Positions 55,601-64,000 of a stretch of 64,000 nucleotides of DNA are shown one piece after another (the stretch's first letter is position 1; the number at the start of each line of letters is the position of its first letter). The translations under genes and the position numbers were made by a program. Under the pieces are notes generated by a model. That model made no database searches and was not told where the DNA came from. It saw only the letters and a program-made list of their open reading frames with translations. The DNA is from a virus: UHGV virus genome UHGV-1351772; one strand, 5' to 3'.

Positions 55601-56983
55601 GACAAAATTCTGGTCACGCTTCCAGCTTCAACGTATTTTATCGGTGGTGAAACATACGACGTTCCGTTGATGACGATTAACGTCAGTGAACGTTTTCCGA
55701 AATTGAATACAGAAATCTACGCAGGGATTTTTGTTGACATCGTTGACAACAAAGCGAAGTATATTGTCCACGACAGCTACAGTCAGGCTGAAACGGATAC
55801 CATGACGCGTGTAGGGTTGATTGGTGTTAACGACATTTCTGAGGTGTTCGTTACGGAGATGCGTAATGTCACACGGTTGGGTGATTTCCGTGAACTGAAA
55901 GATCATAAAGCCGATGACAACGCACACATTCAGCGCTCCGCGTCACGTGCAGCGCTTGGGTTAGCTAACTTAACGGTAGGCGCGCCTTGCTGGGCTTCTG
56001 GACTCCAGGCAGTAGTACGCGGTGAAGCAGATTGGCGTTATGTTGCCGGTGGGCAGTATAAAGCTTTAGACGGGGTGAAATACGACCAGCTCGCATCCAA
56101 GTGGATTTTTGACGCGAAAGGGGTAAGCGATAACCTTCACGGGTTTATCCACAACATGTTCCCAGCTTTTAAGAACGCAGGAATGCGAGTCAGTTGGGAA
56201 ACAGAAAGCAACGCAAAAACCGGCACGGTGTTAGAAACTGTTTTAGGTTGTTGGAAAAACACCGACGGCGAGTTTATGCGGTTGTCGTTACTTATCACTC
56301 GTGGTTATCGTTTAACTGACAGCAACGGTGAATATTGTTACGCAGGGTTCGGTTTGAACTTCGGTAGCGGGAAATCGGTAGTGTTAGGTTTCACACCAAC
56401 GAAGCATGTTACGCCTGCACCGTGGAATACGTTACAACCTGACGTAACGTTTACCCACACCCGTGCTGCAAATAACGCAATAACGTTTAACGCAACATTG
56501 ACCTTAGCGGGCACTACGTATACCATCGTGGTGTTTTTATCTGCGACTGATAAATACGTAAGTTGCACGGCAGCAGGGGGAGCTACGCAGAAAATCCCTC
56601 TAACTGACCGTTTAACTGGGTTCAATATCGCACCTATCGTTAACGATCCGTATACCCCTATTTACTACGGTTTAGGGGGACTTTATGAGGATGAAGTTCG
56701 TGCCAACATCCGTTCTACGGCAGATAGCGCAACCGCGAATAAAGTCTATGGTACGTTGTTAGACTATATTAGCAACTATTCCTCATTAAATCGTGTGCGC
56801 GTTATGGAATTGACCGGTGTCAGTTCAGACCCCGAAACGCTTAATGCGTTAGTGGCAACTGAATTTAATAACAACCTGGCGGATTACGCTGCGTTACCGA
56901 TACCTCCTTATCTTAACAAGGAGCGCGTAATGTCGTTTATCGACACCAACAATAAAGTGCAGGCGGTAATCATTCGCGATTAA
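52661..56983 (+). CDS. Tail fibre protein
   Basis: 1440 aa; AGGAG ribosome-binding site; N-terminal module shared with 56994 and 61273 ORFs; fibre-repeat-like segment ATTAQRGLIKFG. Confidence 0.7.
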   Translation: MAVVLDPHFKKPGNKITGEAVAVIGTKYRMLVPAHAPFFTTSLVVKSGGKILTLGDDYVITHPYETGMLRTAYLIHGMIWIVNDKYKSNFTVDYHAVGCGQATQQQITAERELNKDKYPSACQWDTVIGDVYFPPVDIQFDWENWKGELELMQAIAGLGDSLGEVVSRLNPIARNTLDLEYRANSKVITSEQYAVYDNKGGFTYNTARHRYSLSYKTATFNDYALSVKHRIPAILPDMTKLNPNEQIDWMLCYANGGASILRLQLKQRKISLVLTVAIGSGSTNYDYTLINGLTDDELKNDIDFSVTRQPGNGVYVIVVKTNKQTMDYTFNVDTPPDEFSAGYSKTDVAKWLKFKTNINLNWYAAENDYIQIRSLPGAPEPDVDNDVYQLIVKYHQLVEQLYRNAPAHEHVTRKDNPHTDTWGPIRALELNGIASDAALAYGKTKQQLTDYVNAKYPTQATLTAQKKLLRESASKNVNGTITTLPGFTSFTTEVDPVSMSKYVSPYFSESYVSSGHRYHGALRYTGTKNGFSANFNAVPANLQDIDFIVTGRKTASGNEAVGRVGLRFYENPGSNSGKFVEITGQIWGGTLTISLTLNGYGSPLPSVRYISQAPNPAIPDGDFTLRFQLKRTGNVFNVVITVNGKTYSGRINFDNMDAALEALENQHHFKSLINNVADAVTISSQNKGNTVTIKKAPDVVDGVRLGAQFVVDPKSIKFIGQGSTDVNVGNNPVTFQAGTNQLMLYPDDRGLQWRGKKLLDPTTVAPYLPGNTAGGTGLFYASSTTTVTITGSGIKASPFVATFILPTATDTTALAAWQLTDEFGTAENLAATPALIEKLDAEFTGKLVAVKSYINDMQLTSSVTIDKITFGLGNVANTPDADLPISTAQRAELDKYSPKVHQHPFTAFGTGNATTAQRGLIKFGLDVDDATLALDGSVVMAQTSQIEKLERAVSGVDSEARLDIIRFGESGNDLIDLTVKDKILVTLPASTYFIGGETYDVPLMTINVSERFPKLNTEIYAGIFVDIVDNKAKYIVHDSYSQAETDTMTRVGLIGVNDISEVFVTEMRNVTRLGDFRELKDHKADDNAHIQRSASRAALGLANLTVGAPCWASGLQAVVRGEADWRYVAGGQYKALDGVKYDQLASKWIFDAKGVSDNLHGFIHNMFPAFKNAGMRVSWETESNAKTGTVLETVLGCWKNTDGEFMRLSLLITRGYRLTDSNGEYCYAGFGLNFGSGKSVVLGFTPTKHVTPAPWNTLQPDVTFTHTRAANNAITFNATLTLAGTTYTIVVFLSATDKYVSCTAAGGATQKIPLTDRLTGFNIAPIVNDPYTPIYYGLGGLYEDEVRANIRSTADSATANKVYGTLLDYISNYSSLNRVRVMELTGVSSDPETLNALVATEFNNNLADYAALPIPPYLNKERVMSFIDTNNKVQAVIIRD

Positions 56984-56993
56984 GGAGATTTTT

Positions 56994-59900
56994 TTGATGA
57001 AAGCGTATCCTTACGATCCTCGGGGGACGAAAGCCGAGAATCACTTCTTAGAGGAGCGTATCATCGGGTCAGAGAACAACAACGATCGGGTGGTGATTTT
57101 AGACCACCGCCCGTTCTTTGAAGATTTGGTCGTCAGACAACCAGGTTCAACCACCCCACTGAGTCGTGGGGTGGACTACGAACTGCAATATCAGCTGACG
57201 GAACTGGATGACTCGGTAGCAGCCAACGTGTATTGTGGGGTACACCTTATCAACCCATCCATCAAGGGTATCGTAACCTTTGAAGGACAAATGCTCGGCG
57301 GTACGTTCTACGACCCGTTTGTTGATATTCTCGATGAACTGGTGAAATATTTGAATAACCCAGTCAGTGCTGACTGGCTGTTATTAGACGGTAGACCATC
57401 GTTATATCCAGCGACGCCAGCAGCAACGTCCTGGGCGGATTTGCTGAACAAAAAATATTTAGCGTCGGCAGTTCACGATATTGAATTGAAAACCGACGAC
57501 GCTAACCAGCTAATTAAAGACAAATTAGCTGAAGTTAAAGCGTTAGTGACTGCGTTGGGTAAAGAAATCGAAGCATTTAACTACCCGGCACATATCGCAG
57601 CGAAGAACCCGCACGAAACCACATCCGCGCAGATTAACGCGCATCCTGTTAACTTGAAAACACCCGACACCTTTATGGCGTACGGGTTAAAGTTGAAAGC
57701 ACTGACGGATGAGCTGAAAGCGTTTCGTTTACCGCAGTCGGTTATCGATACGTATATCTCTCACTGGATTTCTTCGGAAGTGCGGGGCGTGTTTAACTGT
57801 ACGGTGTCAGGAAACCGCGCACAGTTCCGTTCGAAAAACGGTGAGTCCGAAATCATTTTTGCCAACGATGGTTTTACGTTAAAATCCAACGGTTCTGTGG
57901 TGTTAGCGGTAGGGCATCTGGAAGGCACAGGTGCAGGACGCTATATCAACTGGCGTGCCGGTAAAAACACATTACGCATCGAGTCAACAGGCGATGCTTT
58001 AGGGATGAACAAACTCACCCTGAACGGTAACCCGTTACTGACTACCACGGCGTTGATGGAATACCAACAAGATCCAGATGCGGGTTCTGGTGGCGGTGGC
58101 GACCCTGATGACTCGAAGGTGTACATTGAAGGTCGTAATGGGATTAGCTTTACCGGTAAAGGTTCTCGCGCCGACCCTATCGTGGGGACTATCGACCCAA
58201 CAAAAGCGACAACCGCCGAAAAAGGCGTCGCTAAACTTAAAACAGGTAAAGGTACAGAAACGACTGGGGTTGCTGCAACACCGGCTTCGTTAGCACCATA
58301 CTCGACTGACCTATCGGGGTATGTGGCTAAAACGACCATGATTAACGGTAAGCCGATGAATGACGGCTCCAGGACAATCACGAAAGCTGATCTGGGGTTA
58401 GGGCAAGCGGATAACACCGCAGACGTTGACAAGCCGTTGTCTACCGAGTTAAATACGGCGCTTAGTGGTTTAGCGGATGCGGGTCACCACCACGATTGGT
58501 CGGAACTAGGCATTTATAAAGCCTCGCAAACCGTTTACGGTATCGGTCGTTACGCAACTAACCAGAACGGTTTGGTTGAAAACCGTGCTGTGGTGCCGAA
58601 CATCTTAAAAGAACTTTCGGCGCGATTAGATGTGGTTGCTGCGGCAATTGCAAACGCGAAAGAAGGATCGGTAACGGATTTCGCTGCGGTAAAAGGCGCA
58701 GACTGGCGCTTTAATAGTCAGGGTACGGCAATTTCCGTTCAGGATTTGAAATATTTTTATTTGCTGAACGGTACGAAAGCTGATAGCACCGTTACTGGAG
58801 CGATTGACCTGCAAACTACCCCGATGTTTAACTGGTTCTCGCCGAACAACCAAATTGAGACGACGTGGCCTACGGGGAAAGTGAGCGCTGGTAAGGGTAT
58901 TAACTGGACAGGTATTGAAGAACCGCCACTAATGGGTTTCCAATCTGTTCCTGTAGGTAAAACTGCCTCACAGATGGGTGACCAGTCAGTTGTTACTGTG
59001 TTGGCAAAAACACGGGTAAGGGCACGCCAGTCGAAGCTTTGGGTTTATGCCGCAGGGGGTGGTCCGGTTACAGTTTACATTAACGGTATCCAGGCAGCCA
59101 CAGGCCAGTCTCCACTCGTTGCAGTGTACGAAACATCAGCAGACGTTGAAAACTACACCGTAGCGGTTAAAGCTGAGTGTAGCGACACGGCTAAATCCGC
59201 AGCGGTGCAATTCGAAATTTACGACGGTGACTACCCCGTTTATTTCAGTGGCCCTGAAACGCACGTAGAGCTTCTCCAAGAGTTTGTTACAACACACGTA
59301 GGCATTCGTCATTATCTGTACGTTAACATGCTCACAGGCTCTCTGTATTCGCGTACTGAGCCAATTCAGAGTATTGCAGTTGACCCTGAGCGCGGTTATA
59401 TCGGCTACGTTGATATTGTTGCCGGTGAATCTTACTCGAATAAAACCGTGAGTTTTGAAACCACGTTTGATTTCGGGAAAAGTACCGAGGTTAGTGAGCA
59501 CATCGACGCTCGTAAAGCACACGGACTCAGTTCTGTAGACTGGACGTTAACGGATAACCCACGGTTGCCGTTATTAAATCGTGCGATTGCTGAACCGAGA
59601 ACGTGTATTTTTAGAAAAGCGTTAACGGCCGGTACTGGTGATGTTTTTCATCTGGTAAGTCGTGGTCTTTATACCTACGCACACAACCAAAACGTGAAGT
59701 CCAGTCTTCAATACGTTGTGATACCTGAGGGTGCTACACCGTATTGCTGGTTTACACCGTTTAACCCGAAAGAAAACAACGCGCCGACGTTCGAAGGTTC
59801 GTTTGCGTTCGACGTTGACGATGTCGGTGGAACACAAGCGCTCACGGCTGCACCGGATTTGGTGCTGTGTACGTCAACACAAGGTAGCAGCGTTAAACGT

Positions 59901-61178
59901 CGTTACGTACGTATTGACCTAACTGCCAAAGCGTGTAAGCTGGGGATTGGTTCTCGTTCAGATTCTGCTGTTACGGATATCCCGTTAGTGATGGAGGAAT
60001 CTGGGGAAACGGCGGTGGTGGCAACGTTTAAGGATGTGTTGTTCAACGGCGAGGAAACCAACGCAGCGATACTCGACTTGATAGGCTGGGGTCCAAATAA
60101 AGACAAAATCTCTGCAAACCATGCGCCACGTGGTATGATTCGTTATCGTTACAACGTAAACACTCGGGTATTACGTTTAGCACTGTCATTCTCACAGTTC
60201 GGAACGACAACAGTTAAGCAACGTCAGTTGGAAATTCAATTCCCGTTTGATTTAGTGGATTACTTCACCGGTGACGGTGTAGGGTTGTCGTTTAAAGAAC
60301 TGTCTGCGAAATGCCGTGTAACGATTAGCCACGCACTGATTGATCCGGTCACGACTAAAATCGATATTGATAAGTACCATTACTTACGCTCGTTATTTGA
60401 GTCGTATTTGGACGCATCTGTTGGTTATTTGGCTGATACCAAAGACGTCGACTTTAGTCAGTCTGTGATTGACCCAGCGACTTATGAGATTAGTCAGAAA
60501 TACCGCGTTACCGAAAGCATTGCGCTGCCGACCGGCCAGGGAAGTGTTGCTGTTTCCCATGACGGCCAGTTACCTGCGCAGTTCTTTGACCGTAAGCTTT
60601 CTCGTGGTGCTTTGATGGCCAAGAAAGGTGAACTTCATGCCTCCTGGAACAATGAGTGGAGTACATCCAAAGCTGCCGCAAACCGGTATCGGCATAAACT
60701 CATTCTACGCTTTGCACAAGGTGCTGATAAACAGCAGTACCGTGTTGCAAAAGTGACAGGAACGGTGAAGTGTAACTGGCCGGGTAAGGTGATTATCGGT
60801 GATGCTGGGAAGGACGCGTATGTATCAGCTATTGATAGCGTGCCGTTTGCGCTTTCGACCGCCTCTGATACAGGTAAAGCAATTACTCTTACGCCAAAGG
60901 ACTTACGTGTAGGTCAGGACATTTATATTGTCTTAGAACCACCAGGCAATAATCCAGAAGGTTACGAGCTTAACTTTACCTGTTCGTTAGATGTCACTGA
61001 CGAGAAAGGTGTCCGCCAAGATCAACTCAATGCGCAGAGCTTCGAACTCCGTAGCGGCGAAAGTCAGTTCTTAATGGAAAAACGCAATCCGTACCATATC
61101 ACGAGTAAAGCGTGGAAGTGGATTTTGGCTGTACTGAAACGAGAACTTAACGGGAAGCAGTTAGGGGATCGTACTTAG
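56994..61178 (+). CDS. Tail fibre protein
   Basis: 1394 aa; shared N-terminal module (RPFFEDLVV...GVDYELQY); tail-fibre repeat ATTAEKGVAKLKTG...ATPASL; Gly-rich hinge GSGGGGDPDD. Confidence 0.7.
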   Translation: MMKAYPYDPRGTKAENHFLEERIIGSENNNDRVVILDHRPFFEDLVVRQPGSTTPLSRGVDYELQYQLTELDDSVAANVYCGVHLINPSIKGIVTFEGQMLGGTFYDPFVDILDELVKYLNNPVSADWLLLDGRPSLYPATPAATSWADLLNKKYLASAVHDIELKTDDANQLIKDKLAEVKALVTALGKEIEAFNYPAHIAAKNPHETTSAQINAHPVNLKTPDTFMAYGLKLKALTDELKAFRLPQSVIDTYISHWISSEVRGVFNCTVSGNRAQFRSKNGESEIIFANDGFTLKSNGSVVLAVGHLEGTGAGRYINWRAGKNTLRIESTGDALGMNKLTLNGNPLLTTTALMEYQQDPDAGSGGGGDPDDSKVYIEGRNGISFTGKGSRADPIVGTIDPTKATTAEKGVAKLKTGKGTETTGVAATPASLAPYSTDLSGYVAKTTMINGKPMNDGSRTITKADLGLGQADNTADVDKPLSTELNTALSGLADAGHHHDWSELGIYKASQTVYGIGRYATNQNGLVENRAVVPNILKELSARLDVVAAAIANAKEGSVTDFAAVKGADWRFNSQGTAISVQDLKYFYLLNGTKADSTVTGAIDLQTTPMFNWFSPNNQIETTWPTGKVSAGKGINWTGIEEPPLMGFQSVPVGKTASQMGDQSVVTVLAKTRVRARQSKLWVYAAGGGPVTVYINGIQAATGQSPLVAVYETSADVENYTVAVKAECSDTAKSAAVQFEIYDGDYPVYFSGPETHVELLQEFVTTHVGIRHYLYVNMLTGSLYSRTEPIQSIAVDPERGYIGYVDIVAGESYSNKTVSFETTFDFGKSTEVSEHIDARKAHGLSSVDWTLTDNPRLPLLNRAIAEPRTCIFRKALTAGTGDVFHLVSRGLYTYAHNQNVKSSLQYVVIPEGATPYCWFTPFNPKENNAPTFEGSFAFDVDDVGGTQALTAAPDLVLCTSTQGSSVKRRYVRIDLTAKACKLGIGSRSDSAVTDIPLVMEESGETAVVATFKDVLFNGEETNAAILDLIGWGPNKDKISANHAPRGMIRYRYNVNTRVLRLALSFSQFGTTTVKQRQLEIQFPFDLVDYFTGDGVGLSFKELSAKCRVTISHALIDPVTTKIDIDKYHYLRSLFESYLDASVGYLADTKDVDFSQSVIDPATYEISQKYRVTESIALPTGQGSVAVSHDGQLPAQFFDRKLSRGALMAKKGELHASWNNEWSTSKAAANRYRHKLILRFAQGADKQQYRVAKVTGTVKCNWPGKVIIGDAGKDAYVSAIDSVPFALSTASDTGKAITLTPKDLRVGQDIYIVLEPPGNNPEGYELNFTCSLDVTDEKGVRQDQLNAQSFELRSGESQFLMEKRNPYHITSKAWKWILAVLKRELNGKQLGDRT

Positions 61179-61216
61179 GACAGACTGCCTGCGGGCAGTT
61201 GTGTGTCCGTAGGTAA

Positions 61217-61254
61217 CCCCTCCCTGTAACGGGGAGGGGTATCCATTTTATTTA
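61217..61254 (+). terminator. Intrinsic terminator (rightward)
   Basis: Stem CCCCTCCC / GGGGAGGGG, loop TGTAAC, then TATCCATTTTATTT. Confidence 0.65.
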
Positions 61255-61272
61255 AAAGTAGGAGTCTTTACG

Positions 61273-62751
61273 ATGCCGAGAGAAGACGCGGCGCAGTTTA
61301 ACGGTACGTTAAGCACAGCGACGTACCCTAACCGATTTAATGTGGTCATTCCGCCTGAAGGACCTTTTTATCGTATCGGATTAAAACTCACAGTAGCCGA
61401 CGATACCGCGCCTAACGGACGTCGTACTCTGATTGAGGGGTTGGACTACTATTTAGGCTATTACTTTAAAGAACTCGCAGAAGCTGAACAAGATCAGATT
61501 TATGGCGGGTTCATGTTGTTAACCGCAACAGAAATCGAATATGAGATTTTAGGGGCGGCACGTCAGTATCGTGTACCGCAATCTGAAATCGGAAAGTTCT
61601 TAGTTCGTACTGACCTGGAAGACCCACGTAACGTGGATTGGTCAGAGTTAATGGCGTATGCGCCAGTTATTCAACCTATCGACCCGCCCGCTAACTTAGA
61701 AGAAGCGATTCTGAGGGACGAGGTCGTTAAAGCGTTGAACGACATTCGTAAGAAAATCACTCAACGTTCAGCAGAGTTAGACGCGGCTTTCACCGAAGTC
61801 ACTAACCTGATTTACGAGAACGGTAAAAAGGTTTTCGATGAAGAGTTATACCAGCATCATCGTAACCCTAACGCACATCAGTATACGACCAACGATGTTG
61901 GTGCCCTTCCAGTTTTAGGGCGTGCTGTTGACGCGACAAAAGCGTTTGGGCTGACGATCGACGAATTGGCTACGCTGATGGGTTCGGCGGGCATTGAGCA
62001 ATCCGAAGTTGATCAGTTAATGGGTGAAGCCCTCGGTACCGTTTACGGTCGTTGGGGTAGCACGAACGGTAATGAATTAACGTTTAAAACAGCAGGCGGA
62101 CACATCATCAGTATCCGTGGTGATAAGTGGTTAATTACCTCACCGCAACCGTTAGTGATTAAAGCAGACCAGGACAACAACGAATCTGGCTTAGCGGTTG
62201 AGTTTAGTGCGGGGCTGAATACGCTTTGGGTACACTCTGGGTCAGAACAGGAAGTATTAGCGCCGGTTTATAACTCCGTCTATCTCGTTACACCAGAAAT
62301 GGTGAACATGTACCTGACGTCTGTAACGTTACTTGAAGCGAACGCCTATTTCAAACCGTCAGACACCGTAAAACCGTACGGTACAGCGAAGCAGTCTAAC
62401 CCACTAACGTTGAACGCGAATATTCCCACAGCAACCGAGTCGGTTTATGGGGTGTTTTCGATTACGAATATCGCAACCTCCGTAGCGCTAGGCACTGCTA
62501 TTTCCCAAAAGGCGGTGACCGAATTAAAAGACCGGTTAGACTTGTACGTTGACGATGACTACACGGTTAACGGTAAAGGGTTTGTTAAGACAGGCGATAA
62601 AATGGTGTTAACCTTAACGAAAACCGATTTCGGTATCGATAAGATGGATAACACCATGCCGATCGCTAAACCGGTAACAAAAGCGTTAGCGAATGTGCTG
62701 AAAAATAAAAAGTGTGAAGGAGCACACGCACACTACCGCCGATTTGGATAA
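61273..62751 (+). CDS. Tail fibre protein, proximal part (shared N-terminal anchor module)
   Basis: 492 aa; N-terminus PPEGPFYRIGLKLTV...EGLDYYLGYYF aligns with the other two fibres; ends at a single TAA that is in frame with the next ORF. Confidence 0.6.
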   Translation: MPREDAAQFNGTLSTATYPNRFNVVIPPEGPFYRIGLKLTVADDTAPNGRRTLIEGLDYYLGYYFKELAEAEQDQIYGGFMLLTATEIEYEILGAARQYRVPQSEIGKFLVRTDLEDPRNVDWSELMAYAPVIQPIDPPANLEEAILRDEVVKALNDIRKKITQRSAELDAAFTEVTNLIYENGKKVFDEELYQHHRNPNAHQYTTNDVGALPVLGRAVDATKAFGLTIDELATLMGSAGIEQSEVDQLMGEALGTVYGRWGSTNGNELTFKTAGGHIISIRGDKWLITSPQPLVIKADQDNNESGLAVEFSAGLNTLWVHSGSEQEVLAPVYNSVYLVTPEMVNMYLTSVTLLEANAYFKPSDTVKPYGTAKQSNPLTLNANIPTATESVYGVFSITNIATSVALGTAISQKAVTELKDRLDLYVDDDYTVNGKGFVKTGDKMVLTLTKTDFGIDKMDNTMPIAKPVTKALANVLKNKKCEGAHAHYRRFG

Positions 62752-62772
62752 TGTTCCGATTGTAGTGCGACC

Positions 62773-63972
62773 GTGGATGGTATCTTACAGCTGTGGGATG
62801 CGATTGATACCACGAACGATAAAGCTGTCACTTCACGTCAAGGCTGGTTGTTCGCAAAAGAGATCAAGAAGGTTTCCGATAAACTGAATACCATCTTACC
62901 TGCGTGGACTGTCGGTGGGGCGAAGTTCGGTAACAAAAACTTCTTACCCATTCCGGCACTTGGTAATTATTCAGGTTTTACAAAGAATCAGTCTTATCAG
63001 AAAGGTGTCGTAGGTTATCAGCAAGGTAAAGTTTATTCGTTACGTAATGCTTCTAATGGTGTACCTGGTACAGAGGCTATTTACTACGGTTATGCTGATA
63101 TCAATACGTCGAATGCGTTTGTGAACCCTCAGCAAACTTCGGTGAAATACCATCCTGTTGGGATGAGTAAATACCCTGGAGTGACCTTAAAAGCGATTTT
63201 GATCGGTGGCCAGGAAGCGATTATTTGTCTGGGTTCTGACAATAACCGTTATTTGGTGTTGTTCAATGGTTCAATGGACCACAGTAAACACACGGTGGTA
63301 TGTCGTGTTACAATGCCTAAATACCGTAATGGCAACCCCAGCGGTACTACGGAACAAACCTGGAATCCTTGGCCAGAAGCTGACGATGTTGTGTTAGTTG
63401 ACGACCACGTTTATCTTCTTCGTTCTACGGTAAATAACGCTGCTTATGCCGTGGCGGCATGGCGTTTACGTAAAGCCGATTTGACTACCAATACTGAGTT
63501 AGAATTTGAACGTGTAACCCTAACCGGAGAAATGGGGCAATTCGGAGATAACCTCTGTTTACAAATTGGTCAGAAGACCGAAGAGTCGCAAACAGGTCAG
63601 TTCTTTACGTATTACCCGCCAGAGGCACGGGCTAAATGGACAATCGGTCACAACTTTGTTCACGGTCCAGAATGTAACCATGCTTGTGCGGTACGCGACA
63701 GCGTGATTCGTGTGAACCATGTACCCAGCGTGTGGTTTGCGGCTGCCGACGGTACGACGATTAATTTCCGTCAATGGTCAACAAGTTTCACAATCGATAC
63801 GTTAACGGGCAGAGTTACGTTAGAGGGTGCCGAACGTTTCCCCATTAAGGTTGATGCTACCAGACTATCGTACGCGGATGGCTCAACTGTAGAAACCAGT
63901 CGTAAGTGGGGTGCGGCCAAGCAAACAATCGTGTTTGCGACGTATGCTAAACCTAATGTACTCAGGAAATGA
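62773..63972 (+). CDS. Tail fibre distal part / receptor-binding candidate (GTG start or in-frame continuation of 61273-62751)
   Basis: 399-aa ORF in the same frame as the upstream ORF, separated by one TAA plus 7 sense codons; no convincing ribosome-binding site before the GTG. Confidence 0.5.
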   Translation: MDGILQLWDAIDTTNDKAVTSRQGWLFAKEIKKVSDKLNTILPAWTVGGAKFGNKNFLPIPALGNYSGFTKNQSYQKGVVGYQQGKVYSLRNASNGVPGTEAIYYGYADINTSNAFVNPQQTSVKYHPVGMSKYPGVTLKAILIGGQEAIICLGSDNNRYLVLFNGSMDHSKHTVVCRVTMPKYRNGNPSGTTEQTWNPWPEADDVVLVDDHVYLLRSTVNNAAYAVAAWRLRKADLTTNTELEFERVTLTGEMGQFGDNLCLQIGQKTEESQTGQFFTYYPPEARAKWTIGHNFVHGPECNHACAVRDSVIRVNHVPSVWFAAADGTTINFRQWSTSFTIDTLTGRVTLEGAERFPIKVDATRLSYADGSTVETSRKWGAAKQTIVFATYAKPNVLRK

Positions 63973-64000
63973 TGCTTTCCTGCTGGCAGATTAACGATGC

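Noticed and set aside
1-64000. CRISPR array, integrase, transposase or insertion-sequence signatures
   Set aside because: No spaced direct-repeat arrays, no tyrosine/serine recombinase or DDE motifs seen in any ORF; the window appears to be lytic-phage-type sequence throughout.

Overview
This 64-kb window reads as a contiguous piece of a large tailed dsDNA bacteriophage genome. The host is probably an enterobacterium, inferred from an embedded DUF1471/BhsA-like gene with host-like codon usage. I found no rRNA, tRNA, CRISPR array, integrase or transposase that I can support. All domain calls were made by eye from the translated ORFs; no database search was run. Coordinates of non-CDS features are hand-counted and may be off by 1-2 nt. 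Layout: (i) 1-8840, rightward: the 3' ~6 kb of a giant virion-type protein (at least 1996 aa, frame open to the window edge) with a lytic-transglycosylase (SLT) domain, then two unknown genes, closed by a bidirectional terminator. (ii) 8897-49578, leftward: about 60 mostly small genes, typical of an early/middle region. Recognisable genes are a ThyA-like enzyme with two insertions, a type-1 RNase H with a long C-terminal extension, a DEDDh 3'-5' exonuclease, an SbcC/Rad50-like ATPase and a MazG-like domain. Candidate host-interaction or anti-defence genes are a TARG1-like macro domain, a GNAT, a HEPN-like membrane-anchored protein, a secreted SLT, five tandem signal-peptide proteins and three small hydrophobic peptides. 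The block also holds several tandem paralog families, at least a dozen intrinsic terminators with related GC-rich stems, and three short rightward islands. (iii) 49579-49897: a divergent control region with GTATAC direct repeats and a hairpin plus 22-bp motif that recurs at 45.55 kb. (iv) 49898-63972, rightward late block: a putative structural gene, the DUF1471 gene, one leftward gene, and four tail-fibre ORFs (1440 aa, 1394 aa, and a 492 + 399 aa pair separated by a single in-frame TAA). Most genes cannot be assigned a function from sequence alone. No single well-defined novel system stands out; the strongest candidates are listed in the findings.
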